Below the pieces are notes generated by a model. That model had not been told where the DNA came from. It searched no databases and saw nothing but the letters and a program-made list of their open reading frames with translations. Both the position numbers and the translations under genes were made by a program. A DNA stretch of 63,490 bases, filler included, from Lenisia limosa (Eukaryota > Protista > Breviatea), in the NCBI GenBank assembly GCA_001655205.1. It is 12 parts of 12 records of this genome, joined end to end, with 100 filler letters (N's around TTAATTAATTAA, not from the genome) between each part and the next. Parts side by side here need not be neighbours in the genome. Positions count along the whole stretch, not along the records: positions 50,290 to 59,911 come from LPNZ01003898.1; positions 60,012 to 63,490 come from LPNZ01003014.1; 10 more parts are not named here. One strand, given 5' to 3'. Shown here in pieces: positions 52,088 to 63,490 of the stretch; within the stretch, counting starts at the first letter, position 1, and every line of letters begins with the position of its first letter.

Positions 52088-54345
52088 ATGGTCATCCAAT
52101 TTTTCTTATGGTTGATGTTTACGGGGCTCTGTGCCTCTCTGGATTTACAAACTGATAACACGGCGAAATTGAGTAGGGACTTGAGTTGGTGGTTTGGTTT
52201 AATCTTTTAGGGAGCGTTGAAGTCGCTGGAGATGCTGTGATCGCTGGTAATATTTTGACAGCTGATGGGACAGGCAGCTTCAATATTGCACGTAAGCCAA
52301 TTCGCAAAACTAAAAATATATGCAGTTCCCCCCGTTGGCTCCATCAGTGCGTGGGTTCCACCATCCCCTGAAGACGAACCCCCTGCAGGATGGGCCATAT
52401 GTGACGGATCGTTCATTTCAGACAGTGAAAGGTAAATTGCGGGGTTGACTTGCTTATTGGTGTTCAATCTGAAGCTCATCTCACTGATTAGCCCATTTTA
52501 CAAAACCTCTCTTCCGGACCTCCGTGATACCTTCATTATGGGAGCAACCAGCTCTGCTGATGTTGGACAAGAGGCTGGCTCTAAGTGAGTTGGCATGTGG
52601 TTCGCTTTTGCGATGATTTTGCTATTATCTTTGAGTATAAGTAATGTAAACCGGAACAGGGGTTTGGGGTGAGCTTTATTTAGTTTTTATTTGTTTTGGA
52701 TTTCAAGAAGTGACCACAAAAGACGTCAAACTATTATTTATAATCACAATGTTATAAAGGATGAATTATTTTGGGCCTTTTTAACATCCTTAGGCACCAC
52801 ACACATTCGATCACCCAGCCCGACCACACGCATGATGTCACACATAGCCATACTGTCTCCATGGACTTGGGAATGGCTGAGGGTCATAACCATTGGGTGG
52901 CTCGCTTCGGCTCTTATTGGTGTGTGGATTTACTTGATCCAGATTTATTGTGGATTTTATTTAGCTTGCTTTTGTGTTCTTTTGTTGTAATTAAGGGCGC
53001 AATTGATTTTTTTTATTTTATTAAAAATAGTTAAAAATTTTAAGTGAGCGATTGATAAAATTTGTTAAAATTATTTTGTACCAGTAGAGTATTACTTTAG
53101 ACATGGTCCACTAACGCAGAGAAGGCCTCGGGCCCAACACGGGCGACTCTTCTGAAGCCACTCTCAGAGAGACTTGATATGGTTGACAACATTAAGATCA
53201 AACTGTTTCGGGGAAACAATCTCAGCAACAGATTCTGCAATGGCAGGGATCTTTGAATTCTCTTCGGACTCCGCAAAAACATAACAGCAACCCTAGTTAC
53301 AACAGTAAAGACGGAGACAATGGCAAGAGACAACATAGTAAAATGTTGATGAAAGTGGATGCATTTAATTAAAAAAGTACAATAAAAATCAATCGCTCAC
53401 TAAAAATAAAAAAAATAAAAAAAAATTTAATTATTTTCATCTATTTTAATAAAAAATTTAAATCAATCGCGCCCTAATACTGTAATTATTTCACATTGTA
53501 GGTTCTTAGATAATGAACTTGGACAAGAGATTCAGACCACGACTGATGATGGTCGTGATGCTAGTGGATCGGTGGGAGAGGGTATATGACTAGGGCTTCC
53601 CTACGGTCACAAAAAAGACTGTATTTCTCGATAACTCCTCGAAAAATATTGATATTTTACCGGACTTTTTTCGGACCGCAGGGAAGCCCTCTATACTCCT
53701 CCTTGAATATGATATGCAATTTATATTACTTTTACATTGCAACCCCATGCGTTTAGAAGTGACAGCGTACCAATTCCACATTATTTATCATATAGCTATA
53801 TTATATGTATGATGTACATGTTTGCTTGCAGTATTGTGGGAGTTCATAGAAGTCATTTGATTATTTTGAAAGACATTGCACTGCTTTGTTGACCGCTTAG
53901 GGAGCATACCCCTTCAAAGTGAACGCTCCTGTAAACTTATATACTGAGTGGGTTCAGGGGTTTTTTTTTTTATTGCATATTTGGTTTGGAAATATTGCGT
54001 TCTTTCACACATTGTTTTTGTGTTATTTGATCAGGATGATAATTACCTCATTTTTCTTTTTTCTTTCCACAACCGTTTTTGTTTTTTATTCCTCATCTTT
54101 CTTACCAATAGTTTCAACGATGCGCATACCCATATGACGGAAATGGTTTCTACGTTCACTGGCGATTCATCCAACAGCCTCGGTGAACCTATCGAGTCCA
54201 ATGAGGTTTGGCTGCGCTGTAATCGCATCGATACAAGGATGGGGTCCTTATTACTTATTAACATATTCGTTTATTCTGATTCTGTACCTAGGCAAGCTCC
54301 AACCCGCCGAACCTTGCCGTTTACTTCATCATGAGAATCAAGTAA
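52088..54345 (+). CDS. Secreted phage tail-collar/tail-fibre-like protein, 251 aa, 9 exons
   Basis: Exons 52088-52172, 52211-52291, 52326-52431, 52492-52584, 52794-52919, 53502-53571, 53901-53947, 54112-54205 and 54292-54345 join in frame (756 nt). Hydrophobic N-terminus, PPVGSISAW...PAGWAICDG...LPDLRDTFIMG, five HxH motifs, C-terminal NPPNLAVYFIMRIK*. Confidence 0.85.
52993..53476. mobile_element. TIR element with internal GC-richer segment, in intron 5 of the tail-collar gene
   Basis: Imperfect inverted arms (AGGGCGC.ATTGATT...AGTGAGCGATTGAT) enclosing about 53090-53340. Confidence 0.6.
53591..53691. mobile_element. MITE family A copy (variant TIR)
   Basis: TAGGGCTTCCCTACGGTC...GACCGCAGGGAAGCCCTC; both arms vary together. 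Confidence 0.75.
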
Positions 54346-54509
54346 TTCCTCTCACGTGGCATTTTCTTATTTCGTTTTTAGTTCTTAGTTCCATGTAGTT
54401 TTTTTCTATAATCTAAATTGGTTGGTACTCTTAAGGCATGGACGAGCAGAAACGATTCACACACTCAATAATACTAATATATACAAATCTATTAAATCAA
54501 CACTAAACC

Positions 54510-56206
54510 TTAGATCTCGTCATCACTGTCCTCAAGGTCTCCGAAAATATCTTTTTCGGGGTAGTCGCCAACCTTCAGTGCGGCAGGACGGAGGAATGCA
54601 CCTGTAAAAGCATCAGACCTGAAATACGGTATTGCTATACTCACCGTATTTCATTTGGCAGGTGAAATAGCGCTCGCCCTTCACACTAAACGTGTTACAT
54701 GACCACACAAAAACACATTCTTATAAAACAGTAGAATTGAAGAATGCTGCAGAAGCGACTGACTCTCGTGTGTTGTCAGCGAACAGAGTTTATTGCTTTT
54801 TTTGTTGTTTAAATTTACCACCACCCCCAACCTTCCGTCATTCTTTCCTGCAGGCTCATCGAGCTGTACACCAATCCAGTAACCGTTGGAAAATCCAGTG
54901 CGACCTCAGGGAGTGAAATTGGAAAATTTATGAAACAAAAAAAAAATCCCAAATCAAATCTGTTGCTTGAGAACAACAAAAAGCCAAGGCTAGGGGGTCC
55001 AACAATCAAAGGGAAAGGGAAAATATATATGGATCTTGGGGACCTACCAATAAACTTGATAACGCCTCTACGTCCTTCCTTATCCTCACATCTTTGACCA
55101 ACTTGCATGGCTTCGGACTGCGACAATTAACATCACCAAAAATGGCAGAAGAATTTACACTACTTTCCTTCATGAGATAGAGCGGTGTAACAAATTCAGT
55201 CTTTGCCTTGTTGAGAGACTTAACATTGCCCACCTCCTCCTTGCCCTCATCAACGTTGTCAACAATAAGGCCTGCAGCCGCCTTCGCAGCATCGCGTTGT
55301 TGGATAAACTTACGAACCGTTCCTGGATTGTCATTAATTGTTGTTAAAAAGCGTTTTTTTTACTTACATGATCAAGAAAAAAGCAGATACTGCCGGTGGG
55401 GAGTATTTCACAAAAGCTTTTCAAATACCATGCTTTATAATTACCATGACCAACCTTCCATCTTGTCGTAGGTGTCATCTTCTATTTCGTACTTCTTGAC
55501 ACGAGTGGTGTCGGTGTACTCTGCGGTCTTCGCGGGGCAGAGATCGATAATCTATTTTGTGAAATACGAGTGTTTTGCAAAAATGAATTTCTTCAATAAG
55601 GAAGATTATCAGCATAAAATATGAATTCATGGAATAAATAAATAACAACTAAAAAAAGTTGTCTGTCCACAATTTAGATTAGCCTACATGAATTCTGTAT
55701 AAGTTCTGTGTACCGTACTGGCTCAATGTGGTGAGATCACCAAGGGTACGAGACACAACCTCTTCATCTATTGTGTAAAAGATAAGGACTTCTTTGAGCT
55801 TCTTTCCCGTCACTGCAACTGCCAGTTCAACAATCCAATACAGTTATGTTATTGTGATAGTTGTGATGTATTAGTGTAAATCAAAATTATTCAAGAAAAG
55901 AAGACAGTATTGTCATCATACATCGATGATTGTTATTTTCCTTTTATTCATTGCTGTTTTGTATCCACGCCCCTGATACTTTGGTTGTAGAGGATCAACT
56001 TCATATCATCTGGGCGAATAGCAACAATGGGGAAGAGCTTTTCCTTGAATGGTAAGCAGTTATAATATATTTTTTTTGGATAGTGAGGCGTCTCATCTTG
56101 CAAAGGCAGAGCAACTAACCTTGAGATCAATGATTTTCATGTCGTCAGGGAAACGACGCTCCAGGGCAACGCCGGCTCTTGAGTGAGAAATACGGAGATT
56201 AACCAT
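54510..56206 (-). CDS. TBCB: Tubulin-folding cofactor B (UBL plus CAP-Gly)
   Basis: MVNLRISHS...ERRFPDDMKIIDLKEKL...VKKYEIEDDTYDK...[24 protein letters not shown]...GAFLRP...DDEI*. Confidence 0.95.
54742..54985. repeat. Two inverted family D copies flanking TBCB exon 54832-54904
   Basis: + copy 54742-54831 ends at the donor; - copy 54909-54985 ends at the acceptor. Confidence 0.75.
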
Positions 56207-56333
56207 TTTACAGCTTTAATCGATGCCACAAGAGCGAGAGAGAAATTTGTTAGTGGTTATATAGCTGTAATCTTGGACCAGTATTTCGCTTTTACTGAAA
56301 AAATATGGCCTGTTCTTTCCCTTTTCCTTTAGT

Positions 56334-57375
56334 ATGTCAAGAAACTTAATAAAGAGTGGGAGAAGAAGAAAAAAGGCACTGAGAGCCCTGAAGAAAGTCA
56401 AAGAGGAAGCGAGACTGTGAGTCAGGGTCATAGTGTGCCTCAGCTTGTAATGCTGATCATTAATTTATCTTAGCTGATTGATATAATTAAGTTCCCGTTT
56501 TGAAATTCCAGTATTGAGTGTTATTTCTGTTAATCCTCATATTTCACATTTGCAGCCCAGGAACAAAAACAAGAAGGAAAAAGAAAGTGAGATCAGTAGT
56601 ACGACGGGGCTACGAGGAAGAATATGATGAGTATAAGGTTTGGAGTGGGTCTGTTCTTCCTACCAAAATTTGTCGTCAAATAATTGTTTTAGAAAATTGA
56701 AGATGATGAAGTGGAGCGTTTGATACAAGTGGCAGTTGAGGTCAGGCTTCAAGTACATTATCAAGAACATATACTCAGCTGAGATTGATAGTAATAACAC
56801 AACCATTTACAACAACGTCAATATATAATCATTATTGTAAAAGCCCCCCATAATTGAGAGCCCTTCTGATGCTGATTCAATACTGCAGTAATTGTGTAGA
56901 AGAATCGACAAGCGTGGGTTGATGCTGGCAATGATCCTGAATTATTTGAAGAAAGTTTTAAAAAAGACAGTGAGAGGGGGAGGGGGTAAAGATTCTAAGA
57001 ATATAATTTATATACAGGTAATTACTTCAGGAAGGTTCATTGTTGCGATACCCCCTGATATTTTTTAAATCTGCCTAATAATGACAGAAGCTCTGAAAAT
57101 ATATGTCCCATCGCATGATGAGCCCTTATTTTTGCGTAATATTAATGACCCAGGTTCTTCTGACGAAGAGGACAATGCCAGGACAGATTATCTAAAGGTA
57201 GGCGTTGGGTTACTGAACTTTTACATTTAAAATTTACGCAGTAATTCTTTTGTCATATTTTCGAGAACAGTCTCTCCTTTTCAAAAAAGCATCCTTTAAA
57301 AATACGTACGCATCGGGAGGAGCTGCCTTGGCTGAGGGCAGTGATGGCCGGCCGCTGGCGCTTTTGGTCCGCTGA
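56334..57375 (+). CDS. Hypothetical protein, 5 exons
   Basis: In-phase model MSRNLIKSGRRRKK...GYEEEYDEYK-KIEDDEVERLIQVAVE-KNRQAWVDAG...-ALKIYVPSHDEPLFLRN...-SLLFKK...LLVR*. Confidence 0.6.
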
Positions 57376-57859
57376 GTTCCGGCGTTTGGTATATGATATA
57401 TTAAACAGAAAAAGCAATCAGCGCTTTCTCATTTTGAAACAATGTCTTCAATAAAACCAACCACTTGTGTAATTTTTGATGACTCAGTTGTCAAGAAATT
57501 GACGGTCTTAATGAAAGCGTCCCGTTCAAATTATAATAGCATCCTTAACGTTTTGATGAATTCCAAAACAACTACATACAAATACATCATTTACAACTCA
57601 ACTATTATTATTTCGCAAGCTGTTGGAATAATGGCATTATTCCTGAAAGACATCACATACAATATAACTATACTATAATTTGAAACAAAAAGAACAATAC
57701 ATAGAGCCAAATTACCATGCTGACCTAAGGAGATGAGCAAGGGGAGCACAATATTTGAATGATAATGAGACAATAAAATTATAAAATCAATTAAGATTAT
57801 AAAATCAATTAAGATTATAGTTCATTAAGCTTATAGCAGAGAGTAAAGTTCGAGTAAAT

Positions 57860-59110
57860 ACAAAGAATGCTGAAATCATCATCAAAATCAGAAACTTGCA
57901 GCGATGATCTTTCCTTCAAAAAGCTCACAAGCTCATTATGACAAAAAAAAAGACAGCCAACCAGGACCCGAAAGACATCCGCATCGCCCTTATCCGTATG
58001 GACGGAGGCAAATGACCCATTGTGACAATATGTTAAATAACAAAAATGTGATTCAATGAGAAGTAGAATACTAGAGAGAAAAAAAAGAACAAAAAAAAAA
58101 CAATAACAAGTTTTTTTTTTAAACAATATAAAGTGAACTCTGGCAAAAAAAATTAGTAAACATACATCATCGATCTCCTCCAGGAAGAGCTCAACTAGAT
58201 CCCCAAGTTCCCCTTCGAAGTCGTCATTCGGGTCCAGAATAGCAACTGGTAAAGCGGTGGGCACAACGGTGACTGATCGTGATGGCGAGGCAATGGGCTT
58301 AAAGGCAGGGGGCAGCCCAAGCAACGACGCGACGGAGTTCACAGGAGGGCTGGCGTTCTCCAGTAATGTAGCAATCTAGCTGGAATTAGAAACGGAAAAA
58401 ATTTGAACAAATAAGAACAAAATACTTTGCAAAAACATCAGGATAGAGAGTTCTTACTTTACTGTTGACCTGCGACACTCCATACAGGTGGATTTGGCCA
58501 CCCCAAGCGTACATCCTCTGAGGTCTGGTTAAAAATGTCATCAAGGTTGAAGTCGCATGAGTGAACAGGTATGAGAATAGTTAGCAGCACTATTCATAAG
58601 TTTCAATCCCCCCCCCCCCCAAANNNNNNNNNNNNNNNNNNNNNNNNNNNNNNNNNNNNNNNNNNNNNNNNNNNNNNNNNGTAGAGGAGAAAGGTCCATA
58701 GTGCGGCTGGGAGTACCCGGAGAGAGAGCGAGGGCAAACGCTTTTTTTTAAAGGTTTCTTCGGGAACGTCAGGAGGTGGTTTCACCAGCTTACCTGGCAG
58801 CGACTTGGCCGATTACCGCCGTGAAGGTGGGGAGTCGCTGGGAATCATAAACATCCACTTGACTCAAAATATTCACTGATCACAAAAAGAACCGAGTTAG
58901 TTATGAGGCAAATATTACCAGGGATAACCGATTATTGGACTCAGGAGAACACATATGACAAAATAATGCGAAATAAAATCGAACATCAGCGGAACAAACT
59001 CAAATATCCTTCTCACCACGAAATAGTGAAGGAGGAGTTCTTGGGAAGGGGCCTTGGATCTGGGGATGGAGTCTCTAGGGAGTCCTCGCTGAAGAACAAC
59101 TGTTTCTGGG
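57860..59110 (-). CDS. Hypothetical protein, partial
   Basis: Exons VNILSQVDVYDSQRLPTFTAVIGQVAAR / GCTLGVAKSTCMECRRST / IATLLENASPP...LVELFLEEIDD; both ends uncertain. Confidence 0.45.
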
Positions 59111-62100
59111 GATATTCTCACGCTGCATATCGGTAGATGAAAAAGGACACTACGCATTGAAATAACCTTTCGATATTTTCAAATTGTATCGATTGAAGTA
59201 CATTCTTGCAGATTTGTCGGATTGATTCAGATGTTGATGAAGTTGTTTTTTGTTACCATCCATTCCTTTTCATGCTTACAGAACTGCGAAGCTTTTGGTC
59301 AGCCTATATTAGTGGACAATCTCAATGACTTCCTCTACAATGACTTGGGTTAGGAAAACTTTTGATTTACTGGAAAATTTAATTGAATTATTCTATTGAT
59401 CTATCAGTTATGGGATATTATTATGGTGTGGACGGCTTCGGCTAGATACAACCTTTTTTTTATTTATGTTATATATTATATCGATCGATGGAGTATTATT
59501 TCATAATAAAACTGCCCTGTCTGTTTTCCATTGATACATTTATTTTCCCCAAGTCTGCTCTTTCTTCTTTATTTTTGGTCTGATGAGCAGGGCTTGACGA
59601 GAGCGATAAGGCCTTACTGCATGATGATAAAATATGGAGCTCTGTGGTATGCAGGGATATAAATTCCCTGTCTTAAAAAACATATGGTAGTATATGATAT
59701 TATTAATTATGGGTGATCGACTTTTTGACTGTTAGCAAGCCCAAGTTGTACGTCTTGAATTGATATACTATACATACGGAATTCAGAGGAAGGGAATTCA
59801 TGAAGGAGGGTTACGATGGGAAACTATTCGAGGAGGAGGGTGTCTATTTCTGCATCTTCAACCACATCCCACCAGCATAGTCGCCCTTGGCATCTTCAAC
59901 CACATCCCACCNNNNNNNNNNNNNNNNNNNNNNNNNNNNNNNNNNNNNNNNNNNNTTAATTAATTAANNNNNNNNNNNNNNNNNNNNNNNNNNNNNNNNN
60001 NNNNNNNNNNNGGTATGAAACAAAAAAGAAGGAAAATCACCCTTCTGTAGAAGTGTCCCCACATTCCTCTCAACTTTTCATGTGCATTGAATATGGATAA
60101 TTTTTCGAGGATGTTTTGCCACTGCCTCCCTTGATCAGTTTGTCTTCCTAGTGCGCGACCTTTCTTTATTTGGTTTTTACTCATGGCTGTACCGTCGTTC
60201 AACTCTATTTCCCCTCCTATCCTCTTTACCCCTGTCAGACGCTCGCAAAGAGGCTGCACATCTCATCGGCGAGTTCAGCCGTGGAGCCGTGGCTGACGCC
60301 CTCAATACTGTCGCGCNNNNNNNNNNNNNNNNNNNNNNNNNNNNNNNNNNNNNNNNNNNNNNNNNNNNNNNNNNNNNNNNNNNNNNNNNNNNNNNNNNNN
60401 NNNNNNNNNNNNTATGATTTTTCCCTGAGGCAACCCAGCATTTTTTATTTTTGGATATGATATCGATACTTTCTTGTATGGTGAATCTAAATAAAAGCTG
60501 GTGCTCAGCACTACCAGCCACATTATTTCTAACGTGATTCGAAACACACAAATATAGTTTCTCAACCTGTACATATGATATACATATCATATACACTTAT
60601 ATAAACACCCGTTCTGAGGGATCATTTGCGTTAACATCAATTAATGGTGGTCTGCTTCTAGCCATTTTCTTTATATTGTAGTGTTTGACTATTTCCAGTT
60701 GAGGCTTCCACTCACTCTTTAGAACCAAGCTTATCAAATGTGAGGACCTCAACTTTTAGTAGTTTTGTTGTTCCTGTGCGCTTTTCAATTGTATATTGCT
60801 TTTTTCTTGTTAAATTTTCGAGGGGAAAGAAGACTGGGAAGGAAGAAAGGTACGTAATTGTAGCTCTGTGGTGATATCCTAAAAAAGGGTCCGGTACCTT
60901 TTCCGGTACCTTTTTCACAATTGCCACTTCACGAATTAACACTTGGTGCGACCTTTGGCCGAACTCAAGATAGGAAAGGAGAGGAAAATGCGGGACAATA
61001 AAACTCAAAATAAATTGAGTAAAAAAGAATAAAAAGCGAGTAAAAAAGGAATAAAACACAAATTGCAAGTAAAATGCAACAAATACAGAATAAAATGAGT
61101 AAATACGAGTAAAATGAGAGAAAACTGTGAAAACATAATGCAGAGAGCACATCTGGTTGAAGGGGAATGAAACCTGGACCCTTTTTGGGATTTCGAAAAG
61201 GGACGTTATTATTTTTAAAAAGTTCCCAAATATCATTTCTTTTTGCTTCCTTCTTCAAAAAGATATTTACATATGATATGGAATGTTGAGTACGGATTCA
61301 TGAAACACTTCATCTGGAATAATGAGGGGTAAAACCAGAAAATCCTTTGGAATATAATACTACTATTGAACATGAAGTCCAGTCAGTGGAATTTTTTTCC
61401 AGACTGCAAAACGTAACCACAAAACCCCAAATAATGAAACGAAGTCGAAGCTGTCTACTGTCGTGTTGAATCCTCGGTTTGAAGAAACCGTGTGTGCTGA
61501 ATGTGACAAGTGACAGGAATGTTGTCAAGCTGCTGAAGCGGCAGTCGCGTGGTGCTTGCGACTCCTAGCGACTTTTTGCGGCCGCGGAGATCCTATCAAT
61601 GGATGGTTTTCATGGTTTTTCATCTCGTGAGAAAAAGAGAATATGTTGTGAATATGTGATTATAATATAATAATATTATAATATGATGACTACGTGTAAA
61701 CGATGATAATGCTGAAATAGATTCACTCCCCCCCCCCCCNNNNNNNNNNNNNNNNNNNNNNNNNNNNNNNNNNNNNNNNNNNNNNNNNNNNNNNNNNNNN
61801 NNNNNNNNNNNNNNNNNNNNNNNNNNNNNNNNNNNNNNNNNNNNNNNNNNNNNNNNNNNNNNNNNNNNNNNNNNNNNNNNNNNNNNNNNNNNNNNNNNNN
61901 NNNNNNNNNNNNNNNNNNNNNNNNNNNNNNNNGTACATTTGAATCCTTGATGTTATACTTTAACACGGACCAGTTCTTGGCGAGCATTACACCAGCGGGC
62001 ATCTGGGCATCTCAGAGGCCAACCTTGGCCAGCCAGCCCCCATCAGTGTCCATCAGATCGTCAGCGCTGTAGAGGTGGGCCAAGGTCCAGACACTCTATG

Positions 62101-63490
62101 TGGAGAAGAAGTGACCCATGCAGGATCGAGTGCCAGCCTTATCGACAGCTGCTGATGAACGAGGGTCTTCATTTCCATGGTGGAAAAGTCTCAGGGTGAA
62201 GGTGTTTCTTCCCCTGCTTTTTGTCCTTGTGGTAGGCCGATCGAAGTCTTCTCACCCTCAGATCTACTTGATACTGCTTTACATCCTTGTCAATTCAATT
62301 GTGTCATCATCTTATGAAACTCTGGAGAAGGATAAATCAAAAACTACAATGAAAAGGTTTGTGGGAATTTTTTGTTGTCGAGTGAACAATATACACAAGC
62401 ATAGAGGTGGGAGCACACGCAAAGCTCAATAATGCCCTCACCTCTATAACATTTATAGTTACTATGAGAATTGTTCTTTTACCTTCGAAAGATGTACCAT
62501 TTGAATTATTAAAAAGTAAACCAAAGAAGGACATTTTCGTTTCCATCAATACATTCGATCTTGAGAAAAAATTCTTTATTTTAGGATTGACACAATCATT
62601 GCGTCTGAGGTCCCTTATTTTTGTTGTAATTACTGAGCTTTTCAATATTTATTGGGAGCTTTTTTTTTTTGATGCATCAGGTTATTGAACGTTGTGGGCA
62701 CTTCAGCAGTTGAATCGGTGGGCTACCAGGATTTTTAGGGCACAATCTTACTGAACTTTGTCATCGAGTCACCTTTTAGACTAGGTTGAATATTGTTGCA
62801 TCAGGAGGGGAGAAGGAATTGGCATTATTGGAGTCAGCTTCCGGGTATGTTTTGTTTTAGCTGCCTTTTAGTGCTGTTCACTCTTCTCACTACAAAGCTC
62901 ACCTGAACGGGCTTCGTTAAGAAGCAGCTTCTCGGGCTCATATGCGACCTACTACGGAGTGTCTGCCGTAGTATTCTACTCTTCCTCTGAGATATACCAC
63001 GTTGCTAAGTTGCCTGATATTGGTTGGCCAAAATCGTGGGTCTTCTAATCACACCAGCTTTCCCCGATTCTCTTACTATTGGCGAATATCCGGGGCTGAA
63101 TTTGGTGTCTTGTATCGGGAACTCCTCTGATGCAACAGTGTATCTTGAGCTCTTTGCACTTGGCCTCTATAGAGTGAGTCCTTCTTGTTTTGTTTGTATC
63201 TCTTGGAATTCTTAATTGACACCTTTAATTTGACAGGTTTCGGTGGCCCCTGTTGTTGACTCTTCAAACTCTGTTATTGGTGGTATTGCCTTCTTTTTGG
63301 GTTTTTCACCAAGTGTGTTCGTATGAGGGGCTTAAATAACCACCATCTCACAATTAAACAATATCATATCACTTTTTGGGGCATTTAAACACATGTGAAC
63401 TGTCATTTTCCACGCAGTGATATGATACCTCATATCCACTCGTGTGATAATTGACCGACAAGTCTCAATAATATATATAGTAATGAGAAA

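Noticed and set aside
57860-58200. SpoIIE/PP2C-like phosphatase suggested by DDDFSILCI
   Set aside because: The required TDG motif is absent; resemblance too weak

Overview
This is draft-assembly sequence from an AT-rich, intron-dense microbial eukaryote (protist-like; the species cannot be identified from the sequence). It is not one locus. Eleven artificial N44-TTAATTAATTAA-N44 linkers join 12 pieces, and many internal N gaps start at poly-C or poly-G runs. I spliced the exons by hand using GT-AG boundaries and phase. Recognisable genes: a pogo/CENP-B-type HTH protein, a twin-CX9C protein, an ankyrin-repeat protein, a PQ-loop transporter, a prokaryote-like P-loop kinase, a very large acidic protein, a bacterial-type CoA-disulfide-reductase-family flavoprotein, a RasGEF, valyl-tRNA synthetase, a SAM methyltransferase, MCM7 and TBCB. 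There is also a 9-exon gene for a signal-peptide protein with a phage tail-collar domain and HxH repeats. Introns are either about 34-38 nt or hundreds of nt long and filled with small repeats. These include hAT-like MITE families with shared TAGGGC ends and 8-bp TSDs, a Tc1/pogo-like MITE with TA TSDs, and an unnamed repeat whose G/C-tract end lies at or close to splice sites in both orientations. All family names come from motif recognition by eye; no database search was run.
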